The position numbers and the translations under genes were made by a program. Shown in pieces: positions 27,109 through 40,569 of a DNA stretch of 64,000 bases; position 1 is the stretch's first letter, and the number at the start of each line of letters is the position of its first letter. Origin of the DNA: Lingula anatina (taxonomy: Eukaryota > Animalia > Brachiopoda); contig CM120643.1 in the NCBI GenBank assembly GCA_051362555.1, forward strand, positions 6,944,001 to 7,008,000, given 5' to 3'. Under the pieces are notes generated by a model, which was not told the origin of the DNA, did not search any database, and worked only from the letters and a program-made list of their open reading frames with translations.

Positions 27109-27308
27109 CCCCAGAGTCCATGGTTTCAATCGACACTTGGAGAGTCTCGACTTAGAGACTTACAGGAGTCGTGCGACGTCATGTATTCTGGATTTTCCAT
27201 TTTCTGTTGCTTGTCTCTAATACTCCCCCCTCCCTTACATACCAGCAAAGTTGTTAGGTCAGCCTTCCAGTACCTCTCACAGTAACTTACTCCTCTCCTT
27301 TCCTAGGC

Positions 27309-27795
27309 ATGCCAGGCTGTCTGTTCTGCAAGAAATCATTTACAGACCAAAGCAACCACAAGCGCCATGAGAAGAGCTGTCTTAACTGCTTTTGCGGGTT
27401 GAAATTTGTTGACAAGAGTGTTGGTGGAACACTACAAAAGAAAGAATGCCCAGAAGAAGGAAGAGACAAACCCAGCAGGTCATATTATCCCGGAAGAACC
27501 CCCACTGCTAGTGGATGTTACACCTGGCGAGGAGGCATCCCTCATTCAGTCCCCTTTATCCAGCCCCAGGACATCTGAGAGAAAGCTAAAGGTAGAAACA
27601 CCCCCTGACGAGTACCCAAGTTCCCTGGATGTAGAAGAAGACCGGCCAAGCAGCAAAGTCCACAGGAGAGAAGTAAAAAAGGGAGAAGTAGAGATGGATA
27701 TGGTGGCTTTGTTCCAGAGGGTTAGGCGATTGCACGAGCGAGAGACGCGCTACCCTGATGGGAGGAGAGACATTGTTAGAAAATTCTATTTTTAA
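27309..27795 (+). pseudogene. Extra ORF downstream of Gypsy pol encoding two C2H2-type zinc fingers (one frameshift)
   Basis: CLFCKKSFTDQSNHKRHEKSC then CFCGLKFVDK / RVLVEHYKRKN across a 1-nt frameshift at about 27416, followed by a P/S/E-rich tail. Polypyrimidine-AG acceptor (ctcctctcctttcctAG) 2 nt before the ATG. Confidence 0.65.
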
Positions 27796-27928
27796 TAAAG
27801 AAAAAAAGAAAAGCAATAGAGAAAAAGATGAGAAGTTTTACGAATAAAAGGAAGAGAAAAGAAAATGATCAATAAAGTCTTGTTAAACTAAAAACGGGGT
27901 CTTATTTTGATTCCGGAGAATCAAATTT

Positions 27929-28740
27929 AAAAGGTTGGGGGTAGTGTAACATCCCCCCCCCTTTTTGCATTCCAATACAACTTTTTCACCTTATCTCTTC
28001 AGAAATTCACTATGGAAGGGTTAGCGCTTACGTACCTGCCCTCCACCTTTATTTGATTCCCCCTACTACAATTGTTTCCGTCGATTGTAAGAAATTTTAA
28101 TCTAAAGAAGACAAATCTACCGATACAGTGCATCGATGATGCATGGAAGCCGCCATATATGTCACTTCATGCTGACCTATGCCGTACGCGAAGCTCGTGC
28201 TTCGCGCGACTGATGACGTCGCCGCGTCAGAGTATAAATAGAGAAGCGCCATGATGGAAGCGTCCTGTCTGGCTGTCTATTCGAAGGTACTGGTATAGAG
28301 GAGAGAGAAGAATCCAATAGAAAATCCAATAGAAAAGAAGAGTCTTAGGGCAGCCCTTAGGGGCTAGCCCGCTTCATTTTATTATTTATTTTTTAGGGGG
28401 GAAACCCGATAGGGAATTTAAATGTTCAGTAGATTTAACGGTAGATTATAACTGCATTTATTGCTAGATTAACGTAGAAGCTTTACTGAAATTTTATTCC
28501 GATGTAGCCCCAGTTTTCATTACTAACTGTAACAGTTTATACTGAGTCCGATTATGGACACGGATCAGTTAAGTTTGTTATTGTTACTCAGCTGCAGTCG
28601 TTTTATTGACAGTAGTAAGTACTTAAGTTATTTTCACAGCCGTCAATCCCTTGACAGCAGTGTGTAGTTAAGGCTAAGCGTAGGGTAGTTTTTCTTTATC
28701 TTTATTATCTTATTTTCGCTTATTTTCCTTTCTAACCATT
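27929..28740 (+). mobile_element. Polypurine tract and 3' LTR of the Gypsy element (right boundary not resolved)
   Basis: AAAAGGTTGGGGGTAG then TGTAAC at 27945; TATAAATA at about 28233 preceded by a TGACGTC motif. Confidence 0.7.
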
Positions 28741-29590
28741 CCATGTTGTCATTTAAAGACATTTCAGTCATCGTTAAGGTCATGTTGTCTTCGTAGACAA
28801 CGTCAGTCATTTCATGTTGTCATCTAATGACTGCGTCATTCCCGTCATAGTTAAGTTGGGATTGTTTTTAGGGATAACTCATGTTGTCGTCTGAGACAAC
28901 GTCAGTCAGTTCATGTTGTCATCTAATGACCGCATCATTCCTGTCATAGTTAAGTTAGGTTGTCTTTTAGAGACAACGTCATGTTGTTGTCGGAGACAAG
29001 GTTTGTCATTCCATGTTGTCTTATAATGACCGCGTCATTCCCGTCATAGTTAAGTTAGGTTGTCTTTTAGAGACAACGTCATATTGTCGTCGGAGACAAC
29101 GTTAGTCATTCCATGTTGTCATATAATGACCGCGTCATTCCCGTCATAGTTAAGTTAGGTTGTCTTTTAGAGACAACATCATGTTGTCATCTGAGACAAC
29201 GTCAGTCATTCCATGTTATCATCTAATGACCATGTCATTCAAGTCATAGTTAAGTTATGTTGTCTTTAAGAGACAACGTCATGTTGTCGTCTGAGACAAC
29301 GTCAGTCATTCCATGTTGTCATCTAATGACCGCGTCATTTAAGTCATAGTTAAGTTAGGTTGTCTTTTAGGGACAATGTCATGTTGTCGTCAGAGACAAC
29401 GTCCGTCATTCAATGTTGTCATCTAGTGACCGCGTCATGTAAGTCATAGTTGAGTTAGGTTGTCTTTTAGTGACAACGTCATGTTGTCCTCAGAGACATC
29501 AGTCATTCCATGTTGTCATCTAATAACCACGTTATTTCAGTTAAAGTTAAGTTCTGTTGTCGGTTAGTGAGAACGTTATGTTGTCTTCAG
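28741..29590. repeat. Tandem array of exact 100-bp units (about 8 copies) built from palindromic GTTGTC-N6/7-GACAAC sub-repeats
   Basis: CAT(G/A)TTGT register recurs at 28880, 28980, 29080, 29180, 29280, 29380 and 29480. Confidence 0.9.
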
Positions 29591-29616
29591 AGTGAAAAGC
29601 CGGCCAGCTCTTTTAA

Positions 29617-29733
29617 TAGTCTCTCCGCCTCTCACACGCCTCCCCACACGTCATCCCTGCAGGGGGGACAGTCATTAAATCTCGGCTCCATTGGGACGAC
29701 ACATGGGGAGGCGTGTGAGAGGCGGAGAGACTA
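29617..29733. mobile_element. 117-bp hairpin MITE with TAG...CTA termini, flanked by TTAA
   Basis: TAGTCTCTCCGCCTCTCACACGCCTCCCCA / TGGGGAGGCGTGTGAGAGGCGGAGAGACTA perfect 30-bp arms; TTAA on both sides. Confidence 0.8.
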
Positions 29734-31129
29734 TTAAAAGATTAAGCGTTTTTTCTTTCATGTACGTCCGCCATATTTTCTCCCCAGGATTTGTAAAGCC
29801 TGGCTCAACTCGTTGTGAATGCGATCAGAGTGTTTTGAACAGCACATATGATTAATTATCTATTGTTTCTTATACATTTTTATTCTAATATTTGTATATT
29901 TTGTATAAAATAACATTGCATTCTATACAAGGTCTTTACCACATACATAATCATATATGAAGTACTTTTTAGGTGATTTAATTTCATTGTCATACAAAAA
30001 ATTATTGGCCATAACTGTTATTATGTGTACTATATTTTCATTCAGTTTTTACTTTTACCTTATCATTATTCTGGTACAATTTACACCTTGTTTATTTTAT
30101 GGTTAATGGAAACATTCCAAATAGCTGTTAAGAGTGCTTTTACACATGATTTTTTTTTGTTGTTACTGTAACAGCCTTTTGCTTTTAGCATTTTTTACTA
30201 TTCCTTAGAGCCTTGTACAAAATGTGTATTGGTTAAAGCAATAATAACTCTTCCTTTGAGATTCAAAATTCCGCAAGAAATACATTCTAAACAACACACG
30301 GATAAATATTATATTGCATTTCACCACTAAAACGGCTGTTATTGTAGTAAAACTAAAAACTGTGCTTGTCAATAGGGCTTTCGGTGCCTTTTTTCCCGGT
30401 CATCAAGGCATTCGTTGCCAAGGATTTTGGCGCATCACGCGGATTCTCGCGTGCAGTCGAGACTAAAATAACACAGGCGCATGACACAATCCTCAGACGT
30501 AAGTTGCGAGTTTTTGTTCAGTGTGTCGGATAACGAAAAGCCCAGAACTGCACACGTTGTGAATATGAGCAATTAAGACAATTATATCGTATGAATCTTA
30601 TTTTATTGCAATAAAGTGTTGTTGTTGTCTGCTTTTCCCGCGGTTTTAAGTAGGTCATCAGAAAACCCCGCTCGATATGCTATGTTAGAGAGGGCTCCGT
30701 CAGTTAAAATCACTTAAGAGATTTTAACAAAAAACCGTACGTTTAGGAAAAAAACCCTGGATTAACTTTGAATGCAGGAATGGGGTCGCTGACCATTGGT
30801 GAGTACGGGAAAATTGCCGTTTACTCCAGGAAAATCCAATTTTTGGCCAAAACGAAGAGTTATTATGACTTTAACAATACAATTATTTAGACCAACAAAT
30901 GCTGGTCTGTGAGAAAAGTTATATAAAATTAATAAATACGCTGAAACAAGTTTCCCTAGTTACACTTACAAGACTTTTATAGAGTAGAGTGAAATCAGTG
31001 ATGTTTCTGCGATAAAATAGCGTAATACACCACCTCTCCCTCTCTTCTCTATAGCTAGGATTTAAAAAATAATAATTACTTCCCTATTTACTTGTGCCAC
31101 ACCACAAGTATTTAACATATAACATGTTA

Positions 31130-31612
31130 TTTTGTAATCGACTGTCTGCTTACCTGAATAACAATAACTTACTAGCAGATGAGCAAAATGGTTTCAGGAA
31201 ACATAGATCATGTGAAGATCATGTCTTAATTTGCACTCAATAGTATTGTTAACAATAACACACAGGTATTCGCAGCATTTATTAATCTAAAAAAATGTTT
31301 CGATTACATCGATAGAGATATTATGTTGTATAAGTTATTGATAAATGGGGTAGATGGAAAATTTTATCGAGTATTGAAAAACATATACTATCAAACAACT
31401 GCCTGTGTCAAAATTAATGACACGTATACTGACTGGTTCAATTGTCGTACTGGTGTAAGGCAAGGCGACAACATCTCGCCAACTTTATTCTCTATTTTTG
31501 TAAATGATATAGTAAGTAAAATTAATGATCTAGGAGTTGGAATAACGTATGAAGACAATCAGGTGTCTATTCTCCTATATGCAGACGACATTGTACTGGT
31601 AGCACCATCAGC
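31130..31612 (+). pseudogene. Non-LTR retrotransposon reverse transcriptase fragment (RTE-X/L2-like)
   Basis: EQNGFRKHRSCEDH, FINLKKCFDYIDR, GVRQGDNISPTLF, LLYADDIVL; frameshifted and truncated after YADD. Confidence 0.9.
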
Positions 31613-32163
31613 GCGCATAATTAGACTACTATTGACACACCACACTGCACCTGGGGTGCCCTTGATACTCCTCTGCACTTCTTTTTCAGATCCCCCTCAC
31701 TCAATTTAAGGTATCCTCCCCTTTACCAAAAAATTTATGAAATACTACATGAACGTAAGACCTCTTTTAAAACACAAAAAGAAAAGTTGTCCTATTTCTC
31801 TACTGCCATGGATCTCTATCAACTACCCAAAATGAAATGATCTTCGAAACCATTGCAAATTTTCTACTCGAAAACCTTGACATCACTCAATAAGCACTAT
31901 CTTTTCTCTACTTGACATAACTGATTTCATTTTATGATTTCATGCAATTTTCTTTGTTATTAATGTAATCCAAATTGTATTTAGTTGTGTTGTATATGTA
32001 TATTAGTTACGATCCTTTTCTTCTCCCTTTTATTTTCTTTCTTTCTGTATTTAATTATTTCTGGTAACTTTTGTGTTCCAATAATGAAATCTGATCTCTA
32101 ATGTTTGTATTTAATTGTGTACGTTAACTAGTTATGATCTCCTTTTTATCTCTTTTTTTTTGT

Positions 32164-32166
<3 letters not shown>

Positions 32167-32208
<42 letters not shown>
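32167..32208. repeat. (CA)n microsatellite
   Basis: Direct reading; a second (CA)n lies at about 13115-13142. Confidence 0.9.
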
Positions 32209-32210
<2 letters not shown>

Positions 32211-32799
32211 TATATTTTGTTGCTTTTTGTGTATATGCATATACTTACGGTAAAGTCTTGAAAATTTCGTCGTTCTTGAAAATTTCGTCGGCCGACGATT
32301 TTCTGCAGACGTAATTTTTTTCCCTTTGAAAACTTCGTCGACCTTGAAAATGAGGTACTCGATAATTTTTGAAAAGTTCGTCGCCAAATATGGCCGCGTT
32401 GTCCAGCTCAAACATAAAGGTAATGCGTCAGTTGATTCCAGACAATGATACGATCAGGATATCATTGCCGATAACACTCTCAATGGGAGATAGGAACAAT
32501 AGTGCGCCCCTGCGAGCGGTCATTCACAATATAGATGGTTTAGATGTGAATTCCCGTTCTCAATTGCGGGAACGTCGGCCTTTTGTTTTTAGTTTTATTA
32601 CTATTACCTGGCTCAAGGCGGCAAATAGAAGACACAGGCCGCGGCTCTGTCATTTGTAACGCCGTTATTGTTATCGGCGGCTGTCCTAAATGAGGAAGAC
32701 ACAATGAAAAAATCAAGATATTATCTCGAAGGGAAATGTACCTGTCACTTCTATTCATGGCCATGTTCAATTTAGGACCATTTAACGATTACCTGGCTC

Positions 32800-34020
32800 G
32801 AACATGGAGATCGTTCGCAATGCGAATGGGACGAGATGGCAATTTTCATATCTTCAGCGGAGAATCGTTCGCGTAATATCGTCAACAGATCGTTCGCGAT
32901 CCAAACGAGACGAGAAGATAATTTTCATATTTGTAGCGGACTCCGTTCGCGTAAGATCACCAGCGGGAGATCGTTTGCGATTCGAGAGAGACGAAAAGGC
33001 AATCTTCATATCTTTAGCGGGAGATCGTTCGCGATGTAAGCGAGAATAAAATGCACTTTTCATATTAGTTCAAGGGGACTTCGTTCGTGGAAGATCGTCA
33101 GCAGGAGATCATTATTTTAACCCCCCTCCCCCTTTGAATTTTATAAATAATATATATTTTTCATTTTATCTTTAACCCCCCCCCCCTTCCCCACTCACGG
33201 CATATCTTCGGCGGAGATCATCAGGACTTTGTTCGCATAAGATCATATCAGAGGGAGATCGTTCGCAATCCTAGCTAGACGTAAAGGCAATTTTCATATC
33301 TTCATCGGGAGATTGTTCGCGATGTAAGCAATAATAAAATGCAGTTTTCATATTAGTTCAAGGAACTTAGTTTGCCAACGATCGTCAGCGGGAGATCATT
33401 ATTTTAACCCCCCCTCCCCCTTTGAATTTTATAAACAACATATATTTTTCATTTTATCTTTAACCCCCCCCCCCCCCCTTCCCCCGCTCACGGCATATCT
33501 TCATCGGAGAATCGTTCGCGTAATATCCTCAGGACTTTGTTCGCTATGTAATAAGATCGTCAGAGGGAGTTCGTTCGCGATCCGAGAGAGACGAAAAGGC
33601 AATTTTCATATCATCATCGGGAGATCGTTCGCGATGTACAGTAAGCGAGAATAAAATGCACTTTTCATATTAGTTCAAGGGAACTTCGTTCGTGGAAGAT
33701 CGTCAGCAGGAGATCATTATTTTAACCCCCTCCCCCTTTGAATTTTATAAATAATATATATTTTTCATTTTATCTTTAACCCCCCCCCTTCCCCGCTCAC
33801 GGCATATCTTCGGCGAAGAATCGTTTGCGTAATATCGTCAGGACTTAGTTTGCGTAAGATCGTCAGAGGGAGATCGTTCGCGATCCGAGTGAGACGAAAA
33901 GGCAATTTTCATATCATCATCTGGAGATCGTTCGCGATGTAAGCAATAATAAAATGCAGTTTTCATATTAGTTCAAGGAACTTAAATTGCAGATGATCGT
34001 CAGCGGGAGCAATTATTTTA
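32800..34020. repeat. Tandem array of roughly 300-bp units (GAGATCGTTCGCGAT-rich with poly-C tracts) inside the outer TIR element
   Basis: About 3.5-4 copies; ATAAAATGCA(C/G)TTTTCATATTAGTTCAAGG recurs at about 33046, 33333, 33651 and 33949. Confidence 0.85.
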
Positions 34021-34121
34021 ATTCCCTGTAAATTTTTAGGAAGTTACAGATGGTAATTTTAGAAGGCCTGACACTTAATCCTGGGAAAAGCCCTGCATGC
34101 AACAAACGTTGCCAAGTGCGT

Positions 34122-34152
<31 letters not shown>

Positions 34153-35926
34153 GAATATGTCGCATCCAGGTTATGATGCAAGGTTGCAATTAGGCTTATC
34201 TTGATCCTTCTTCTCTATCAGGAGGTATGTTTCTTACCGAGAAGATAATTCTCAACATATTTTCGGGTACAGTAAGTTAAATATAACTTAAAAGAGATGC
34301 ACAAATAAATAGATTATTATTTACCACCAGAAAATGACTTAGGAAGTAGTAATAAATATCCCACAATATAGTCCAGGAAATTGGTGAAAAATTGTGCATT
34401 TTTTACCTACAAGCATGAAATTTGGCACACTTATGGACAATGAAATTCTAAGCAAATTTGGATATGTGGGCATGTCTGAAAATTCCAAAATGGCCGTCAA
34501 ATCCAATATGGCCACCAAAATACCTTTTCAAATTAAAACTTCAAGTACATAGTCTTCTAATGACTTAAAATATCATATAAAGGTTAGAAACACCATGGTA
34601 TGAATCCTTCAGGTGTATTAAATCCAAAATGGCCGCCAAAAGTAAAAAAGCAGACCATTTATTTAAGATATCCATTTGAATGGGGAATTCATCAAACACT
34701 TAAATCTACAAGCATAAAATTTGGCAGGTTTGTGGAAAATGAAATTCTGAGCAAGTTTGGATGTATAGGCATATCCGAAAATTTAAAAATTGCCTTCAAA
34801 TCCAAGATGGCCTCCAAAAATACGACTTCTAATTAAAACTTCAAGTATATGTTCTTTTAAGGGCGTAGATATCATACAAAGATTAAAAAACACCACGGTA
34901 TGAATTTAGAATCAATATTTGCTTTTTTAGGTGTATTAAATCCAAAATGGCCGACAATAGTAAAAAGCACTCTACTAATCCAAGATATCCAGCAGAGTGG
35001 TTAATTCATCAAAAACTACAAGCATGGCATTTGGTACAGTTGTAAAACAGGATTCCAAGCACTTTTGGATGTATGAGCATGTCTAAAAATTTCAATATAT
35101 GGTCCCCAAATCCAATATAGCCAACACAAATACCCGTTCAAATTAAAACTTCAAGTATATATAATCCTATAATAACTTAAGATAACATTTTATGGTTAGA
35201 CAAGACTATGATATGCATGAAGTATCAATATTTGATTCTTTAAGTGTATAGAAATCCAAAATGGCCTCCAAAAATAAGAAAAACAGGCCACTCACAGCAG
35301 CAGTATGGTGAATTCATCATGCACTTAAAACTACAAGCATGAAAATTGGCTCAATTGTACAGAACAGGATTCTAAGCAATTTTTTTATATAGGGACATGT
35401 CTGAATATTCTAATATGGCCACTAAAACCCTTTTAAAGTAAAAAAGACTACTATATAATCTGACTGACAACAGTCTTTACTCTTTTTTGGTTTTTCACTC
35501 CTTTAGTTACATTTAGACCCAAATGACCATAAAAAAATGGAACAGGACTCCTTTTGGTCTAGTTGTGACATCACATGCAGCAATTCTATAAATGTCAAGG
35601 ATATGAAAATGTCAAGGTATTTTCACAAATAAGTTTCAAATTAACGAAAGTTATTTTATCAAGTAAGTTTTGCACATTTTATGGGCGGTCAACCTTTTAC
35701 TTTAGTAAATAGACAATATCCCAACAGAGGATACCAGCTAGCTACATCGAAATTTCTACTTATTTGGTTAAATAATTTTCATTCATTAATGTGTGCCTAG
35801 CTTTACTAGTAGTTGTGTTTCCCTCAGCTTTCCCAGTATTTCCTTAAAGCTATAGCTTCTACATGTAATCCACTTTCCCCAACAAAATACCAAGAGGCAT
35901 TGGTCGTTTTTAACACCAGAAAGCAT

Positions 35927-36150
35927 CAGTTTACATGCATGAGGGTCAATAAGAATATGAAAGTGTGGTAGGGCATAGTAGTAGATGTAGGTTACTAGTG
36001 TGAACCCTTATAGGACCAGTCTTCCAATGCTTCTGACTCAGTTTACATGCATAAAGGTCCATAGGAACATGAAAGTGTGGAAGGGCATATTAGTAGATGT
36101 AGGTTACTAGTGTGAACCCTTATAGGACCAGTCTTCCAATGCTTCTGACT
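35927..36150. repeat. Tandem duplication of a 112-bp unit
   Basis: CAGTTTACATGCAT...CCAATGCTTCTGACT twice. Confidence 0.85.
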
Positions 36151-37363
36151 CCCCTCACCACAGTTAGCAAGTGCACACATAACTACAAACAGATGTGTTA
36201 GGAGCTACCTGGTAGATTTTGTTAGCTGGGTAAGTGAATACTCCTCATGGCTTCATTCTGGATTGTCCCACAGAGACAATGATGCCGGAAATATCATGAA
36301 TTTTTACCTTTCAAAGTCCATATTGCACTAATTTCTTGGTGTAATCCTCAGAATACACCGTTTTTTGAAGTTTTGTATGTATTAAATGTCTGGAGGATTT
36401 TAATTCTTTTATTTTCATGTTCAGTTTTTTTAAAAGTATAAGTTTGTAACTAAACAAGTTGCCAAATGATCAAATGAAAACCAAAGTTTGACGCCTATCA
36501 GTGCTTCATTTTTAGTGCACGAAGTGTGAAGCCTGCATTGCAACTCTAGGATACAGCACGTATCAACACCTGCCCTCTGTTTGGGGTACAGGTATTTCTT
36601 TGCTCATAAATTTTCACTAAATTCTCGGTAGCCATTACTGCGAATGTACTAAAGCCAATTTTTTTAAATAAGAAGCTTTTCTAATTTACTTTTGAAGCAC
36701 AAGATAACATCATATCATTATCAAGTGCAAATGTGCCCCACTTTTAGTGATTAACCAATGAAAAACACCAAATTGTGAGACCTGTATGTTTGATTAGCTG
36801 TCATTTTTGTTATATTTATGAGCATTTGATGAAGCGCCATGCACTGATCTAGCTGAAGAATCATAACCAACAGACAAAATTGGTACACCCCAAGTTTTTT
36901 ATATTTGCCTCTTTAAGGCTAAGTTATTCTGGTGTTTCTTTCACATTTTATGAATTTTGCACGATAATTTTTTTCTTAGAAAGGGGGAGTCACTCATGAG
37001 TGCCATATAAGAAGATTGCTAACTGGGAATTGATCTAAATAAGAATCCAGAGCAAAAAGTCAAAGTACTTATGTTGGTTTATCAAAAGAAGGACTGTTTT
37101 CAGTACATAATAAATGTATCATGCTTGATGGTTTTTTAAAAACTCTGTAGAATTGCTCCTGCACAGGTAAGAATATGCTGATTATACAGGTAGTTTGCAA
37201 TGCCCACATGCCTATTCACGAGTGATTACAATCCAATAGTTGTGGTCTGCTGACTTTTGGAGGCCATTTTGGAATTTTAAAACCTTAAGTGGCAAATACT
37301 GATACTTCATACATACAATGGTATTTTCTTACCATTAAATGATATTTTTATAAAAGACTATAC

Positions 37364-40300
37364 AAACTAGAGGATCAGAGAGGCGATACCGCCTCCGAAT
37401 ATTGTACCACCAGCTGGAGCAAGCGCATTCGTATAGACCCCCACATACACAAAATAAGGGACACAGCCACCAGTTTTGTGCTTGACAAGCTGTAAAAATG
37501 CAATCAACAAGAATTTTTAAACTATTGCAAAAAATATATATGGTACAATCAAATTTAAGTTCTTTATAAGGTAGGTCAAGGGTCAATTTCAAGGTCACAG
37601 TAAATTGCCAGTATATGACTTCCTATTCAAGTTCAAGAGTAACTATGGACCTATCTCTGTCAAGTTTGAAGTTAAAAGAGAAAGAAATTAGCAGAGTTCA
37701 GTTCATGATAAAAAGTAGGTCAAAGGTCAATTTCAAGGTCACACTTAGATTGCCAGTATAGGACTTCCTATTCAACTTCAATAGTAACTATGGACCTATC
37801 TCAGCCAGTTTTGGAGATAAAAGGGAAGCAAAATTTGCAAAATTCAGTTCATGGTGAAAAGTAGGTCAAAGGTCAATTTCAAGGTCACATTTAGATTGCC
37901 AGTATATGACTTTCTATTCAAGTTCAATAGTAACTATGGACCTATCTCTGCCAGTTTTGGAGATAAAAGGGAAGCAAAATTTGCAAAGTTCAGTTCATGG
38001 TGAAAAGTAGGTCAAAGGTCAATTTCAAGGTCACATATAGATTGCCAGTATATGACTTCCTATTCAAGTTCAATAGTAACTATGGACCTATCTCAGCCAG
38101 TTTTGGAGATAAAAGGGAAGCAAAATTTGCAAAATTCAGTTCATGGTGAAAAGTAGGTCAAAGGTCAATTTCAAGGTCACATTTAGATTGCCAGTATATG
38201 ACTTCCTATTCAAGTTCAATAGTAACTATGGACCTATCTCTGCCAGTTTTGGAGATAAAAGGGAAGCAAATTTGCAAAGTTCAGTTTATGGTGAAAAGTA
38301 GGTCAAAGGTCAATTTTGAGGTCACATTTAGATTGCCAGTATATGACTTCCTATTCAACTTCAATAGTAACTACGGACCTATCTCAGCCAGTTTTGGAGA
38401 TAAAAGGAAAGCAAAATTTGCAAAATTCAGTTCATGGTGTAAAGTAGGTCAAAGGTCAATTTTAAGGTCACATTTAGATTGCCAGTATATGACTTCCTTT
38501 TCAAGTTCAATAGTAACTATGGACCTATCTCTGCCAGTTTTGGAGATAAAAGGGAAGAAAAGTTTGCAAAGTTCAGTTCATGGTGAAAAGTAGGTCAAAG
38601 GTCAATTTCAAGGTCACATTTAGATTGCCAGTATAGGACTTCCTATTCAACTTCAATAGTAACTATGGACCTATCTCTGCCAGTTTTGGAGATAAAAGGG
38701 AACCAAAATTTGCAAAGTTCAGTTCATGGTGAAAAGTAGGTCAAAGGTCAATTTTAAGGTCACATTTAGATTGCCAGTATATGACTTCCTATTCAACTTC
38801 AATAGTAACTATGGACCTATCTCAGCCAGTTTTGGAGATAAAAGGAAAGCAAAATTTGCAAAATTCAGTTCATGGTGTAAAGTAGGTCAAAGGTCAATTT
38901 TAAGGTCACATTTAGATTGCCAGTATATGACTTCCTATTCAACTTCAATAGTAACTATGGACCTATCTCTGCCAGTTTTGGAGATAAAAGGGAAGAAAAA
39001 TTTGCAAAGTTCAGTTCATGGTGAAAAGTAGGTCAAAGGTCAATTTTAAGGTCACATTTAGATTGCCAGTATATGACTTCCTATTCAACTTCAATAGTAA
39101 CTATGGACCTATCTCTGCCAGTTTTGGAGATAAAAGGGAAGCAAATTTTGCAAAGTTCAGTTTATGGTGAAAAGTAGGTCAAAGGTCAATTTTAAGGTCA
39201 CATTTAGATTGCCAGTATATGACTTCCTATTCAACTTCAATAGTAACTATGGACCTATCTCAGCCAGTTTTGGAGATAAAAGGAAAGCAAAATTTGCAAA
39301 ATTCAGTTCATGGTGAAAAGTAGGTCAAAGGTCAATTTTAATGTCACATATAGATTGCCATTATATGACTTCCTATTCAAGTTCAATAGTAACTATGGAC
39401 CTATCTCTGCCAGTTTTGGAGATAAAAGGGAAGAAAAATTTGCAAAGTTCAGTTCATGGTGAAAAGTAGGTCAAAGGTCAATTTCAAGGTCATAGTAAGA
39501 TTGCCAGTATATGACTTCCTATTCAACTTCAATAGTAACTATGGACCTATCTCTGCCAGTTTTGGAGATATAAGGGACTAAATGTTATAATTTTGGAGTT
39601 ACCATAATGTGCCTTAAATTTCGTACAGAAAAAATTAATTAAAATAAAGAAAAGGTCATTTTGGTCAAAATTCTTGAAATAGGAGGTGCTCTGAAGTTTC
39701 AGAAGTTCAAATTTGATGAAATAATGTCATTTTTGAACACAAGTTGTCTGCTTTGCCAAGCCTTATGTTTTATTTTTCCAGAGTTCAAAATTTATTATCC
39801 ATTACCGTACTGCACATTTTGCTTTTACCACCAATATGTGCTTTTTGATACAGCGTAACTCGAAAACCGTATGGAATACAAAAAAACCGAGACCATTTCC
39901 AGTGTTGGGCTTTACATGCTCTACAAAATGCAAAAAAGAATGGGTCTCTAGCATTAACGGTTCCCGAATTAGAGACAGTTTTCAGTTTCGGTATCTTATG
40001 GCCGCTACTCCCGTGAAAATGCACCGATTGACCCCAAATTCATGGAGATGAAAGATGACCTGAAGGGTAACACTTTCCAATAATATTATTGGTTAAGTCT
40101 GTGTGGTGTCTGAATAACAGGGCAAAAAATTTTTTTTTCGTAAAAAATTTCATTTTTTTGAAAATTTTGGCCCATTTGACCTTGAAGTAAAGGTCAAAGG
40201 TCAAATCCAAGGGTATATTTGAAATCTACACATATGACTTTTGGAAAGCCGTCTATAGAAATTTTTCCCATAACCCCTTCCGTAGGGTAGATAATTAGCA

Positions 40301-40569
40301 TTTAATTTTGCCATTTTTAGACAAGGGTGCATTGCAATGAGTGCCACACCCAGACCCCAATACCGACAAAGCCCAAATTTTACGTGGAACGAGTTGAGAT
40401 TATAGGTGACCTAAATCCATGAGATGGGTACGGGGGCCCTTACCGTCTAGGAGGAGAAGCGGTAACGGTAGCCATCCGGCGGAGCCGGCGGAGCCAACGG
40501 AGCCGGCGGAACGATCCGGACGGGACCGAAACCATGTGTACCGCCAGCGCTAACGCTGGTGGTACAATA
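37364..40569. mobile_element. Helentron-derived HINE/DINE-1-like element, copy 1, with an internal 146-bp satellite
   Basis: Starts ACTAGAGG; sub-terminal inverted repeat ATTGTACCACCAGC (about 37399) / GCTGGTGGTACAAT (end); terminal hairpin GTACCGCCAGCG-CTAA-CGCTGGTGGTAC; CCGGCGGAG microsatellite; no TSD. Confidence 0.8.
37571..39575. repeat. 146-bp satellite array (about 14 units)
   Basis: GTAGGTCAAAGGTCAATT register at 37715, 37861, 38007 and onward. Confidence 0.95.

Noticed and set aside
28741-29590. CRISPR-like appearance of palindromic repeats
   Set aside because: Intervening sequences are themselves repeated (no unique spacers), there are no cas genes, and the context is eukaryotic.
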